Origin: an uncultured Nitrososphaeraceae archaeon | GTDB lineage: Archaea > Thermoproteota > Nitrososphaeria > Nitrososphaerales > Nitrososphaeraceae | Assembly: GCA_963728595.1 (NCBI GenBank) | Contig: CAVSLF010000014.1 | Location: 39,393-103,392 of the forward strand | Direction of reading: 5' to 3' | Length of the DNA: 64,000 nucleotides | Shown: in pieces, positions 10,983 to 22,606 of the stretch | Layout of the letters: each line of letters starts with the position of its first letter | Position numbering within the stretch: position 1 is the first letter of the stretch | Translations under genes and position numbers: made by a program | Notes under the pieces: model-generated | Seen by the model: the letters and a program-made list of their open reading frames with translations, nothing else | Databases searched by the model: none | What the model was told of the DNA's origin: nothing

Positions 10983-11489
10983 GTGGTAATTAGTAGTCGG
11001 GAACACATCTTAAACAAAGAGAAGCTACTCGAGGTAGAGAATTATGATCAAACTTTTGAGTTGGTTAAATATGCAATATCTGCCGTTTTTGATATGCGTA
11101 GAGCCGGTCTGAGCCTTATACTACAAGGTATGCCTTCTGGTTTAGGCGCCTATCATATCCTGGGTTCCAACGTAATAGTGCTTAACAGGTTTGTACTAGA
11201 GATAATAAAAAATACGGGAAGATCTATTGAAGAGTACAATTCATATTTATTCACAGTTTTGGCTCATGAATACCTTCACAGCTTTGGAATCTTGGAAGAA
11301 TACACAGTTAGAAAAATGGTACAGGAACTTTGTAAAAACTTCTTCGGTGAGGGCCATCCTACCAATTTGTTGGCGAAAGATCCAGTGAGTCTTTTTCCTC
11401 AACTTAGGCATGTATCTAGTGACAAGTTTGAGAATAGATTTGAGATTGTAAAAGAATTTGATAAAAGTAATCAGTATTATATACAGTAA
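10983..11489 (+). CDS. putative zinc metallopeptidase (HEXXH)
   Basis: VLAHEYLHSFG followed by a Glu. Confidence 0.75.
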   Translation: MVISSREHILNKEKLLEVENYDQTFELVKYAISAVFDMRRAGLSLILQGMPSGLGAYHILGSNVIVLNRFVLEIIKNTGRSIEEYNSYLFTVLAHEYLHSFGILEEYTVRKMVQELCKNFFGEGHPTNLLAKDPVSLFPQLRHVSSDKFENRFEIVKEFDKSNQYYIQ

Positions 11490-12004
11490 CATATCAATTC
11501 TCCCAACATACATGTTTAATTAGACTCAAATTTAATTACCAAACGTAACCTTTATCACTGCAATCCATCTCGGCTCCACAACAATTACATCTTAAATGAC
11601 ATGATTGTATTTTATACATTTTATTACCACATTTAAAGCAGTCCAATCTAATTATTACCTCTTATGTGAATAATGATCATGGTTTGATCTAACCTGTCAC
11701 TATCTTAACATCTGACATGTATATATTAAAGGTATCTTGGTCGCTTGCGAAAGGGACAACCGTGATATTGTTGATACTAGATGTTATAACCAACATCAGC
11801 ATTTCCAAGATCTTGATTTCCATTCCAATGTTAAGTAGCATTTGATATTTCGTATTTCGAGGATAGAATAAACAAAAGGCCAACTATAAGTCTGAGGCAG
11901 AATACGCTGTCTTGACGTATTAAGTCTTGATTTCCTTCCATAGGAAAAAGTAAGTCAAAATTAATTTGTAAAAGTTTAAGTCGAAGAGAGATGGACTTAA
12001 AGGT

Positions 12005-12475
12005 GTGTCAAAAAACACAAATTCTGAACCAGCAGACGCAGAGGGAGTGCCAACTTCCAGCAAGGAAGAAATCATCAGAGGATTGAACGATGATCTTGCA
12101 AGAGAGTACAAAGCTATTATCCAATATGTGGTTTTCAGTTCCACTTTAAAAGGTGCCGAGTATGGAGACATAGCGGAGCAATTAAAAATACACGCGTCAC
12201 AAGAATTGTCACACGCTTTGGAACTGGCTAGGCAGATCGACTATCTGGGTGGAGACCCTACTGTGAAAGGGAAAGAAGCCGAATATTCAGGAGATTCCAA
12301 GAAGATGCTTGAAATCGATCTGAGAGCTGAGCAAGAAACTATTAAGAACTACAGGGAGAGAATCCGTCAAGCAGAGCGCGCAGGTGAATTTGCTCTGTCT
12401 GAAAAATTAAGAACTATCATCGCACAAGAGCAGGATCACGAAATAGATTTAAAAGACGCCCTAGGGATACGTTGA
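12005..12475 (+). CDS. ferritin-like / bacterioferritin-type protein
   Basis: LAREYKAIIQY, QELSHA, EQETIKNY, QEQDHE diiron ligand pattern. Confidence 0.9.
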   Translation: MSKNTNSEPADAEGVPTSSKEEIIRGLNDDLAREYKAIIQYVVFSSTLKGAEYGDIAEQLKIHASQELSHALELARQIDYLGGDPTVKGKEAEYSGDSKKMLEIDLRAEQETIKNYRERIRQAERAGEFALSEKLRTIIAQEQDHEIDLKDALGIR

Positions 12476-12721
12476 GAAACTGATTCTTTACGTTCTAGTG
12501 CCAAGTAAATGATGACGTAATAATAACACTACGTGATATAGTTGAAAAGCTTTGACTAGTAAAAGACGGTAATATTCAAGATTCTAAATGCCCAGTCATA
12601 ATTAATGAAGTAATTGACTAGGGCGGCTCGAAACGCTGATATCCTGAAGGAAAATATTTCTATTGTATGTTCTCATTTAGGAGAATTAAGCTATTTTGAG
12701 CTATCGTGTACATAAAGTAGT

Positions 12722-13423
12722 TTAACAGTTATAACGAATCCCATTATTACAAGTGCCTCGTCGAGTCGAGTAATAGATACAGCCATCTCTTAACATGGGA
12801 TTGTTGAATGAAACAGGATATTCTGTCTCCGACCCATCGTTATTTGGGATTAATGCGTTATGTGGTATGAACGTTATGGATTCCGGATCATTGTTGTTGA
12901 CATCGTGTATTCCGAACATAAGTTGTGATATTTCAACATGGTATCTTGGTGGATATGGAAAATTACCTGTCTTGTTCCACCATTCCATTCCAGTAAATTG
13001 ATTTGCTCCCAAATATTGAAAATTTGGATTCAGATTGAGATTGAATATTTCTTGTTCCTTTGTCTCCAGGTCACTCAGTATATAACTTATACAATTCTTA
13101 CCTTTATCCAAGACCAACATACGTGAATAAGAGTGAGCTATCTCAGGAAGTATCTTTACGAATCTGTATCTATTGACACCCTGAAATATTGCTTCGAAGT
13201 AATCTTGGCTATCAAACTGACAGATTAGATTCAATTCTGTTGGTATATTCTGCACGTTGAAGAGCTCAAGAAGATACAGCATCCATGATTTATCGGGTAT
13301 CTGATTTCCGTTATCTACTGCCAATTTTATGACATCGCATATTGCAACAACATCCTGCGGGAAAAGAGGACGATGTTTGTATTGGTCAATTATACGACAA
13401 AATGAACCCACCCAAAAATGCAA
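12722..13423 (-). CDS. hypothetical protein (no family recognised)
   Basis: 233-aa open frame in AT-rich DNA. Confidence 0.6.
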   Translation of the reverse strand: MHFWVGSFCRIIDQYKHRPLFPQDVVAICDVIKLAVDNGNQIPDKSWMLYLLELFNVQNIPTELNLICQFDSQDYFEAIFQGVNRYRFVKILPEIAHSYSRMLVLDKGKNCISYILSDLETKEQEIFNLNLNPNFQYLGANQFTGMEWWNKTGNFPYPPRYHVEISQLMFGIHDVNNNDPESITFIPHNALIPNNDGSETEYPVSFNNPMLRDGCIYYSTRRGTCNNGIRYNC

Positions 13424-13442
13424 TATCTATAAATATTCTTTC

Positions 13443-13490
13443 GGAGCTATTATAATATACGTATTTTGGAGCTATTATAATATACGTATT
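13443..13490. repeat. perfect 23-bp direct repeat (period 25) GGAGCTATTATAATATACGTATT
   Basis: Copies at 13443-13465 and 13468-13490. Confidence 0.95.
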
Positions 13491-14096
13491 CTAGGCTAGG
13501 GGAAATCTAACTCTAAAGTTCAGAAGAATCAAAATTGGTGACTATGGAATTCAATCTTGTGATCTTAATATGTTGCTATAATGAGGGATCATTATTCACT
13601 TTATTTGTAATTTTATCCTTTAATCATGGAAAGTACCTGCAATATGATCAAAATGAGAAACTAAACCCATTGTTAGAATTCATTCTTGCTAAATCATCAC
13701 TGCGAGTGAAGTGTTAGCGAACTATAATCTCATCATTTTCCTGTCTCATGAGTTGCTATAAATAAAAGTGAAAAGCTGTTTCTATAAAATGTGTCACAAT
13801 CACGCATTTGAACACTTTTAGACGTAATGCACTCACATAGGTTCAAAATGTAATTGCCCATGATATATTCCCAATCGCCGAGTGTCAACATCATCTTATT
13901 AGGATAGGGTTTGTGGATAGTATTGTATTTTCACCAGGTTGGGCGAAGGAATGTAAACAGTTGATAATAAATGTATGAGATTTGAACCTGTCTAAGTTGA
14001 GCAGCCCTGTCTTTTTGAAAATATAAGGTTGGATGACATTGTGTTCGATTGAAGTTATTGTATATGTTTTTAAGATAAAGATCATTACTTTGGCTA

Positions 14097-14654
14097 ATGT
14101 TAAAAATCATTAAGCGCACCATCGTCTATGAGAGCAAATGGTTGACTTTGTACGAAGAGTTACTCGATTGTGGGAACAATCGTAAGGAATTGTATAACAA
14201 GGTACTAACTTTTGACACAGCTCATATTGTTCCTATCTTTGATGATGGCAGTCTCCTGATGGTAGAGAACTATCGTCACGCAGTCGGGCAACAGTTATTG
14301 GAATTACCTGGCGGCTTCATTAATCCTGGTGAAACACCCATGCAGGCCGCCGGGAGAGAGCTCTTGGAAGAAACAGGATACGCCGCTCGTGTACTTAAGG
14401 AGATTTCATTTCATTACACTTGGCCAGGCCGATGCACGCAAAAAAACCATGTCTTTCGTGCCCAAGGCTTGTACAAGCATTCCAGCCAGACACTCGACAC
14501 CTTAGAGACAATAAAGATTCTAAAATTATCGAAGCAAAAAGTATATCGTGAGATTGAAAAAGGTATGATAAAGAGCGCACCTACGATATCTGCAATATTT
14601 TTGGCGTATATTGGTGGCATGGATAAGAAAAAGTATAGTAACAAGCATGACTGA
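14097..14654 (+). CDS. NUDIX hydrolase (ADP-ribose pyrophosphatase-like)
   Basis: ELPGGFINPGETPMQAAGRELLEETG Nudix box. Confidence 0.93.
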   Translation: MLKIIKRTIVYESKWLTLYEELLDCGNNRKELYNKVLTFDTAHIVPIFDDGSLLMVENYRHAVGQQLLELPGGFINPGETPMQAAGRELLEETGYAARVLKEISFHYTWPGRCTQKNHVFRAQGLYKHSSQTLDTLETIKILKLSKQKVYREIEKGMIKSAPTISAIFLAYIGGMDKKKYSNKHD

Positions 14655-15318
14655 GCATTGGTACAACCTTCCCTAGATTTCTTATCCCTAATCCTTCAAA
14701 TGTCCAATTTAACTTCTCCCGCTCAGCAAGACGAAAAGAGTATTGGTGTCTGGCTAACTGACATCTCATAACTATTTCGATTTGCGCCTGGAATTCCTTG
14801 GCTCTGTATATTAATTTAACGAGTCGAAAACTTTGTACCAATTCCTCCCAAAAAATCATTAATATAAATGCAGAATTGCTTTCAAAGTACACGATTACTT
14901 GATTATGGTCAGGAAGTGTTTTGGGTTGTCGTGGCATAAAGTCGCAATACCATTATATATGGCGTGGAATGATCTAAAGACCAGTATGAAAAGATCGCGG
15001 TCTACGCATACTGGAGCGCAGTTAAATGAATCCCGTTCCGGTTTCACAACAAAATTTAAGTTACTGGAAAGAATGAAGTACAAACTAAGTTTCCTACACT
15101 CAGGTGTTCAAAGAACCTGCTCGTGTTGTTTGTATTTTTATGGCATCCGAAGAAATGAATTTCTATCTATCTGATGATTTTCAATATTCAACGGTTACAT
15201 TTCCCGTTAAGATAGTTAACTTCATTTGTATTGTGAAAAATTTCCGAAGTTTGTGTATAATCATTTATTATCCTACCCTTACTATTTTGCTAATGGTTTA
15301 AAGGTGAATGACTAACCA

Positions 15319-15540
15319 ATGGACTGGAATATAATAATATCAAACAGAACACCTGTAAAGGCAAACGATGGAAGATCATGTGGATATGTCGTTGGAGAAT
15401 ATAAAGACAACTTACTAATATTAGATGGAAGAGTAATATCTCATGAATATATGCTTCCAAAAGACAAGGTTGAAAGATATGATGGAAGCGAATTATATGT
15501 GCGGATTCCATATGATATGATCTCCACTTATCCTTTCTAA
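15319..15540 (+). CDS. small PRC-barrel-like protein
   Basis: PVKANDGRSCGYV...YMLPKDKVERYDGSELYV; TTTAAA TATA ~20 nt upstream. Confidence 0.7.
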   Translation: MDWNIIISNRTPVKANDGRSCGYVVGEYKDNLLILDGRVISHEYMLPKDKVERYDGSELYVRIPYDMISTYPF

Positions 15541-15784
15541 GATTTCTAGTTGGTACTCACCATTCAGGACAGTCATGCCCATTTTGTATGTCATAGGCGC
15601 TATTCCGGCTCGCTGTCATGAGACCGTAGTTAGCCAGTTGCTAATTATTCCGCTGTATCTATATTCAGGAATAATATCAGTTGAATTATCTTGATCTGAA
15701 TGGAATGTCGGGGCGCCTTTTTGTAATCATGAATGTGAGTTATATAGTTCTCCTGAATATTCTAAGGAAGGCAAGAAATCAACT

Positions 15785-16345
15785 ATGAAAGTGCAAGACA
15801 ATGAAAAACAGGGAGAAGGAGGAGAAGAAATAATTGAAACAAAATCCTCTGGCACTCTGGAAAAAAAGGATCCTAAGAAAACTGATAATCTGAATTCTGA
15901 CATACAAGATCAGAGCATCAACAAGACACCGAAGACAGATACTCTAACTTCGGAATCAGACCTGGCATCAAAACCATCAAAAAAATCTTCTGGGAAAATA
16001 AAGAGTAAGGTTGAAGATTACGATCTGATCGCTGGCAGTCTTAAGGAAGGAACCACTTCATTTAAGCAGGCAATCATTTCCATAGGTAGGAAGGCTCAAG
16101 AAATTAAAGGTAAAGCAGAAGAGACATTTACGGTTGGTGCTAAAAAAGATGCTCGGGATATTCAAGCATTAGGTGAATATCTGGATAAGATCGTCAAAGG
16201 TTTTGAAGATACCATGATAGAAATCGAGAGGCGAAATTATGTTGACCAAGCAAAACTTCTCAAAGGTTACAAAAAGTTGCTAGAAGAGCAGATAAATGTC
16301 ATTAATGCACGAATGGAATTAGTAAAAAGGCTCAAATCTGCATAA
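15785..16345 (+). CDS. hypothetical protein, disordered N-terminus and coiled-coil C-terminus
   Basis: Charged low-complexity N-terminus; heptad-like helical C-terminus. Confidence 0.7.
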   Translation: MKVQDNEKQGEGGEEIIETKSSGTLEKKDPKKTDNLNSDIQDQSINKTPKTDTLTSESDLASKPSKKSSGKIKSKVEDYDLIAGSLKEGTTSFKQAIISIGRKAQEIKGKAEETFTVGAKKDARDIQALGEYLDKIVKGFEDTMIEIERRNYVDQAKLLKGYKKLLEEQINVINARMELVKRLKSA

Positions 16346-16526
16346 TTTCGTTAATTAATTCATAAATATCACTGAGAATTGATGTGAATATGTAGTCGCG
16401 ATTGATCAAGGTAGCATCAATATTAACAATACCATCTAACCACTTTAGCTACATTTTTTATAGCACACGAATCCGATTCTAGCTCCGCACTTCTTATTAT
16501 CCAAATCATCTCCATTAGTTCGATAT

Positions 16527-17087
16527 ATGCGAAGAGTTAATTGTGCAGCAACTGCTTTTATACTGTTTACAGTTCTTGTTGTTGGAATTATTCCTCTAAC
16601 GAATGTGTTTGCAATAGGTAACAGATGTCCAACTGTGTGGCAAAGATCAGAAGGAGTACATTTGTGTGTAGGGACTGAGCTTAACGATCACGTAGATGGG
16701 AGTAAAGCTCCTGATATAATTATAGGTCTGGCAGGCGATGACTTGTTAAGAGGAGGCCCCGATAGTGACGTTCTACAAGCAGGATTTGATGACGACAAGG
16801 CGTATGGTAATTCTGGAGATGATAATATGCAAGGAGGTCCAGGTCTTGACCAGCTATATGGCGATTCGGGTGATGATATTGTATTTGGTGGATTTGACGA
16901 TGACTTTCTAGTAGGTGGAGACGGTAACAATGAAATGTATGGAGGAGATGGAGATGATGTCCTACAAGGTGGTCCAGGCGCTAACTACTTTGATTGTGGC
17001 GGAGGATTTGATATAGTCGTAGGATTTAATCCTGCTCAAGGAGATACAAACGCAAACAACTGTGAAGATGTAATTCAACATCTTTAG
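16527..17087 (+). CDS. secreted RTX/hemolysin-type Ca-binding repeat protein
   Basis: Signal peptide plus multiple GGxGxDxL nonapeptides. Confidence 0.92.
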   Translation: MRRVNCAATAFILFTVLVVGIIPLTNVFAIGNRCPTVWQRSEGVHLCVGTELNDHVDGSKAPDIIIGLAGDDLLRGGPDSDVLQAGFDDDKAYGNSGDDNMQGGPGLDQLYGDSGDDIVFGGFDDDFLVGGDGNNEMYGGDGDDVLQGGPGANYFDCGGGFDIVVGFNPAQGDTNANNCEDVIQHL

Positions 17088-17532
17088 ATAATAACCTTAC
17101 ATGTGGCAAATCAAATCAATTATTATATCATAAGCACATAAAACGTAGTTCAAGTTCAGATATTGACCAGCCTGATTCGTAAATTCCAATATCTATTGAC
17201 CAACGTTATCTGATGATCCTGCTCCTTACGGGTTAGCGCTTGTATTTGATGTCTTTCTTCATTTGGCACAACTTTCACAACTTTGGAGTTCACTCCCTGA
17301 TGTATCTCCATACAAAAATTAGAGGACAGGAGGGCCCACTAGTTTACTCAACCGTCTAAGAAAATTTATTTTCGGAGGCGGTTTGTTTAACATCACGATT
17401 ATGACTTGTATTACTATTTTGTGGTGGATGGGAGTAATCTGCTTCAATCTCTGAGTCCAAACTACTTATGGCGTTACCTAACTCTAAAAGTTTAAAGCGA
17501 TCTTGGTATCATGATGTAGTTTAGGTCATAAG

Positions 17533-17865
17533 ATGGCAAAGTGTCGAGAATGTAGAGCCGAACTTCCGAGTGACGGCAAATTCTGCCCAAACTGTGGAAC
17601 ACAGATGGGACTTAAGAAAGACGTTTATCATGTGTCAGCCGGGGGGTTGGTTGGAAAGGTCAAAGAAATAGTGCGTGATGCCAACGTCAAGAGGATCCTT
17701 GTCAAGGATGAAAAGGGGAAATTGCTTCTTTCCATTCCCGTCACATGGGGAGCAGCTGGAGCCGTTGCCATGATAACTCTGGCACCTTGGCTTGCAGCAT
17801 TAGGAGTTATAACCGCCGTAGTGACTAGATGCAGGGTGGAAGTCGAAAAATCACTTGATAACTAG
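17533..17865 (+). CDS. zinc-ribbon + DUF4342-like protein
   Basis: CREC...FCPNCG; KVKEIVRDANVKRILVKD...LLSIPV. Confidence 0.8.
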   Translation: MAKCRECRAELPSDGKFCPNCGTQMGLKKDVYHVSAGGLVGKVKEIVRDANVKRILVKDEKGKLLLSIPVTWGAAGAVAMITLAPWLAALGVITAVVTRCRVEVEKSLDN

Positions 17866-18132
17866 AAGTACATGGTTGTTTGTCTATCTGTGGATGTACT
17901 TTACATCATAACTGTTATCAAAAGCGACAACAGTTCCTGCTTGTTCTGTCCTCCGTTCCTAAAAAATCTGTTATGGATCCTGTATTTTCTTGGAATTCGA
18001 AGTTGTGGAAGACCCTAAGTCACTCTGTATTGAACATTTGGACTTCTTATAGAGATTGTACTAATAAGATATAAGTTCTGTTAGAAACGAACTTTATATC
18101 ACAAATTTATATTATTAGCACATACAAAATAC

Positions 18133-19506
18133 ATGCAAAAGTTTGACCTTATAGTAATTGGAAGCGGCTCTGGTCTAGACGTAGCAAAGGCAATAGCTCA
18201 ACATGGCCCTAAAGTTGCAATAGTGGAGAGGAGTAAAATGGGTGGTACTTGCCTCAACACGGGTTGTATACCATCAAAATTGCTTTTACATAGTGCTGAT
18301 GTTGCTGAAACGATCAAGAGGGCTCATCTTTTTGGCATTAACACAAACGGATTTTCTGTCGATTTTCGAAGGATAGTTGAAAGAGTAAATACAATAATTG
18401 ACAATGACTCAGAAAAGATAAAAAATGCGCTCGAAGGATTGGATAATCCCAAACTGTTTTCCTCAGAATGTAAATTCATTGGAATAAAGACAATATCTTG
18501 TGGAGGTAACAAAGAGGAATTGACAGCAGAAAAAATATTAATTGCTGCTGGTTCAAGACCCAAGATTCCAGATATAGAAGGCCTAAATAATATCAGCTAT
18601 CTCACTAGTGATGATGCCCTTCGGCTTACCAAACAGCCAAAAATACTCACCATAATAGGTGGTGGATATATAGCATGCGAGTTAGCGCATTTTTTTGGCT
18701 CACTAGGGACAGAAATTCATATACTCCAGCACAAAGACAGATTGATACCATCAGAGGACCAAGATGTTTCCAAAAAAATAACTGAATTATATTCCAAAAA
18801 GTATAATTTGCTTTTGGATTGTACAGCTCAATCTGTTTCAAGGAAAGGTAGTATGTATAATATCAAAACAAGAAATGTATCTGGTGATGTCGTAGAAATA
18901 GTTTCAGATCAGCTGCTTATTGCTGCAGGTAGAACGCCAAACTCAGACACTCTTGATCTAGAAAAAACCGGCGTATTAACAAATGATAAGGGGTATATCA
19001 CAACAGATGATTTTCTCGAAACAAATGTTAGAGGCATATTTGCACTAGGTGATGTTATTGGCCGTTATCCGTTTAAACATAGCGCTAACCTGGAAGCTCA
19101 GTACGCTTACCATAATATCCTAAATCATGATGAAAAGATACCTGTTGACTACACCGCAATGCCTCATGCAATTTTCTGTTCTCCCCAAGTTGCCGGAGTG
19201 GGTTATACTGAGCAGGAATTGAGTCGTATGAAGGTAGAATATAAAAAATCGTACCATAGATATATCCATACCGCGATGGGTAAAGCTATATTAGATGAAG
19301 CGGGATTCGTGAAGTTCATGATCAACGCAAAGAGTAAGGAAATACTCGGTTGTCATATATTGGGAACCGAAGCTTCGACTCTTATTCATGAAGTGATACC
19401 CATTATGCGAAATGGGAATGGCACAATTGGTAAAATTGTGAACTCCATTCATGTTCATCCGGCACTGTCGGAAGTTATAGCAAAAGCTGCATTTGTGCTA
19501 ATGTAG
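18133..19506 (+). CDS. pyridine nucleotide-disulfide oxidoreductase (dihydrolipoamide dehydrogenase / mycothione reductase-like)
   Basis: GSGSG, GGTCLNTGCIPSK, GGGYIA, HVHPALSE. Confidence 0.93.
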   Translation: MQKFDLIVIGSGSGLDVAKAIAQHGPKVAIVERSKMGGTCLNTGCIPSKLLLHSADVAETIKRAHLFGINTNGFSVDFRRIVERVNTIIDNDSEKIKNALEGLDNPKLFSSECKFIGIKTISCGGNKEELTAEKILIAAGSRPKIPDIEGLNNISYLTSDDALRLTKQPKILTIIGGGYIACELAHFFGSLGTEIHILQHKDRLIPSEDQDVSKKITELYSKKYNLLLDCTAQSVSRKGSMYNIKTRNVSGDVVEIVSDQLLIAAGRTPNSDTLDLEKTGVLTNDKGYITTDDFLETNVRGIFALGDVIGRYPFKHSANLEAQYAYHNILNHDEKIPVDYTAMPHAIFCSPQVAGVGYTEQELSRMKVEYKKSYHRYIHTAMGKAILDEAGFVKFMINAKSKEILGCHILGTEASTLIHEVIPIMRNGNGTIGKIVNSIHVHPALSEVIAKAAFVLM

Positions 19507-20186
19507 GTCGAGTCAGTTGTTTCTTAAAATCAAATTGGTAACACGGGCGCTCTACTCTGGAATTAATTTTCGGGAGAGACTCATGCATACTTCAATCGGA
19601 ATTGTAGAAAATTCAAACTGTATCATAAACAAGATATTTTTCCTGGATTTTCTATTCTAAAGAGAATCGTAAGTAAGTTGAAAAGTAGAATCTGTCGAGA
19701 AAGGGATGGGAAATACGACTAAGTATGGAGACTGGGAATTCATCATTCGTGTGTTATTGCTTCCGAGTTAATTTTTAGTACTCTCAGAATGGATATGAAT
19801 AAATTGTAGAATTGCGGATTTCATCATATATCTTTCAACATTTTGCTGATTAACTGAACTGCATAGAATAAGTAGAATGGAGGATTCACCGAATCATTAC
19901 ACTGTATTTAAAAAGTCAGTTGAGAAGGAGTCATGACGAACTAAATGATCAAGAAACGACTTTACCCACATTATTATTTGTTTAATCACTCATGCATAAT
20001 TTTGAGTTGATTCAACTCTGACCTGAATTGGACTGCTAACCCGACTAGTAATATGACATTGACTTAATAGAATAATATCTATTGAAGGGTATACTTTACC
20101 CATTTGAGGAAACAATAATGGCTTATGCCTTTCTTAACATCGTAGTACTGTTTAGTAGTAATCAAAAGCCGTATTAATGCAATGAT

Positions 20187-20645
20187 CTAAAGTTGATCTA
20201 TGATGTCGCTTGGGATGGATCTCTTCTTTCCCATTACTTTAACAATTTCACTCCAGATGGCGTCAGTAACCCCGCCCATGCCCTTTATCTTTTCTAGGAG
20301 GTCAAGAAGTTGACCGTTATCCTTAACAATTGTTTCAGCTCTCAGATCAATCGTGTGGGCTCCGATACTTTTCCCCACAAACGTTACTTCATTTAATCCA
20401 AAAAGATCAATGGCTACTTCCTCCGTCTTCCCGTTTTTAGTTGAGATAAAGAAATCAACACGCCGCCAGCCAAACTTATCCAGATTCAAGGAATAATTTG
20501 ACTCCAAAAATTCTTTTTCTAGCCGTTTACGTCTACGCTGAATTGTAGTCAGAGGGATGCCTAATCCATTTGCTAGAGAGAGTGATGATTTCCGTCCATT
20601 GGGTGATAGAAGGTCTTTCAAAATAGTCTTATCTACCTCAGACAA
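20187..20645 (-). CDS. Lrp/AsnC family transcriptional regulator
   Basis: N-terminal HTH (LANGLGIPLTTIQRRRKRLE) plus RAM-like domain. Confidence 0.88.
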   Translation of the reverse strand: MSEVDKTILKDLLSPNGRKSSLSLANGLGIPLTTIQRRRKRLEKEFLESNYSLNLDKFGWRRVDFFISTKNGKTEEVAIDLFGLNEVTFVGKSIGAHTIDLRAETIVKDNGQLLDLLEKIKGMGGVTDAIWSEIVKVMGKKRSIPSDIIDQL

Positions 20646-21386
20646 ACTATCACTAATGGAGCTACCAGCACGGTTAGTAATAGAAAATCACAACCCTAAG
20701 TTATATTTAAGGAATTTGTTCGATATCCAAAGAAACGACAATATCGAGTACATGATAGTCAATACATATTCTAATCATAAATTTACCTGAACATTTTACT
20801 CCCAGACGCATACATTTATCACATTTACAGCGTTATTTTGTAGATTATCAATCCTTTTTTCAACTCGATGTGTAGATTTAGTTTATCTTCAACTTTAGTT
20901 TAATTCCTCACATCCTTAAGATGAATTACGTGACTTGCCAAAGAGGAACCATTATTCACAGTTAACTCTTATTTGGTTCATTTGTGATGGTCGGTAATGA
21001 AAAAGCATAAGAAAAGTAAAACAGTTGTCCAGATATACGCTTAAATCACCTACTTCAAACTTATTGGTAATTTAGGAAGTAATATGGATCTAGGGCGTCG
21101 ACACTCCTTACGTCAATTCTAAGTAATCCAAAAACGAAGCCCACATTTACATTTGCGGGTGCATGAGACTGTAGACAAAGTAACATATTGCATAGGTTTA
21201 ACCTACCTCGCCATACTTTTAGCCTTCGCCAACTACAGGCCACTTAAAGCTGTGTAAACAGACCGTAATAATTTGGATGATGCTGAAAGCATTACTTTGT
21301 TGCAGCCATACTAGAAATATTTGCAGATAACGGTACAATATTTATATATATCTTAACCGTATATAACAATAACTTCATACGTTATA

Positions 21387-22295
21387 ATGCAAAAAATAAT
21401 TACGTGTTTGACTTGTAGCCTTACTGAAGGTAAGATGGTTACGGATCTGGAATCTGGTGAGATCGTGTGTAGTAACTGTGGAACAATTGCTACTGATGTA
21501 GTAGAAGATAATGGAAGAGAATGGAGATCATTTGCCAATGATGAAAATAATAGGTCGAGAACCGGACTGCCTTTTTCACTAGCAGTACATGATATGAATT
21601 TGTCTACAATTATTGGTAAAACAAATAGAGATTCATCAGGACGGATGATTGATACGAATATGCAAGTTAGAATGAACAGACTACGAACATGGGATGCTCG
21701 AACTCAATTGAGTGACAGCTCACTACGAAATTTCAAAACGGCTTTTGTGCTATTGGATAAGTTGAAGGACAAACTAGGGTTGCCATATTCAGTTATTGAA
21801 AAAACTGCTTACATTTACAGGAAGGTCCAAGAAAAAGGGCTGGTTAAGGGAAGGTCAATATATGCAGTTCTTGTTGCGTGTCTTTACATTGTATGCAGAG
21901 AAATGGGTATATCCAGGACCATTAACGAAATTTCGCTCGCAAGTGATATACGAAAGAAAGCTATTACAAAAAGCTACAGAGAGATAGTAGTAAATTTAGA
22001 ACGAAACATGCCGCAAGTAAATTACTCCCAATGCATAGAAAAAATTGGAAGCAGGATTGAATCAAGCGAAAAGGCAATAAGGCACGCTACAGATCTAATG
22101 AAAAAAGTCATTGAATGTGGATTTTCCGCAGGCAAAGGTCCCATGGGACTTGCTGGAGCAGTGTTGTATATCTCATTACAGAAAGATGGCATGATTGTGA
22201 GACAGGCAGATATGGCAAAAGCTGCAGGAGTTACAGAAGTAACAATAAGAAATGTGTCAAAAGATCTAAAAAAGAGACTTCATCTAATTAACTAG
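21387..22295 (+). CDS. tfb: transcription initiation factor IIB paralog
   Basis: Zn ribbon CLTC...CSNCG, EWRSF, RLRTWD, cyclin repeats, AGVTEVTIRN. Confidence 0.96.
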   Translation: MQKIITCLTCSLTEGKMVTDLESGEIVCSNCGTIATDVVEDNGREWRSFANDENNRSRTGLPFSLAVHDMNLSTIIGKTNRDSSGRMIDTNMQVRMNRLRTWDARTQLSDSSLRNFKTAFVLLDKLKDKLGLPYSVIEKTAYIYRKVQEKGLVKGRSIYAVLVACLYIVCREMGISRTINEISLASDIRKKAITKSYREIVVNLERNMPQVNYSQCIEKIGSRIESSEKAIRHATDLMKKVIECGFSAGKGPMGLAGAVLYISLQKDGMIVRQADMAKAAGVTEVTIRNVSKDLKKRLHLIN

Positions 22296-22606
22296 AGATT
22301 TTCCCTGAATCTTCTTAATAGATCAAACTATAACATCATAACTACACTTAAACTACAATTGAAACATTTGTAGAAGCTAAAAGTTAGCACTTAGCGTCAG
22401 AACAATCAAAACAACTAAGATGAATATTTTAGTGCAAATAATTCCGTGTTTGGTATCACAATTTGGATCTAATTTTGGGGTTAAAGTTATGAAAATAATA
22501 TTTTAAATTGGCTAAGGATTAAATTCATTCCCCTACTTATATGTTGGATTTGTACGAGATTAACAGACCTAAATATTTAGATTATACTTAGATTTGAAGT
22601 CTATAA

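Noticed and set aside
13443-13490. Direct repeat as a mini-CRISPR
   Set aside because: Only two copies separated by 2 nt, no spacer and no cas genes
14581-15301. Overlapping ORFs downstream of the NUDIX gene
   Set aside because: Mutually overlapping, no motifs; probably non-coding or heavily decayed
19590-19885. Recurring (T/A)GTAGAA motif
   Set aside because: Short, irregularly spaced and expected by chance in AT-rich DNA
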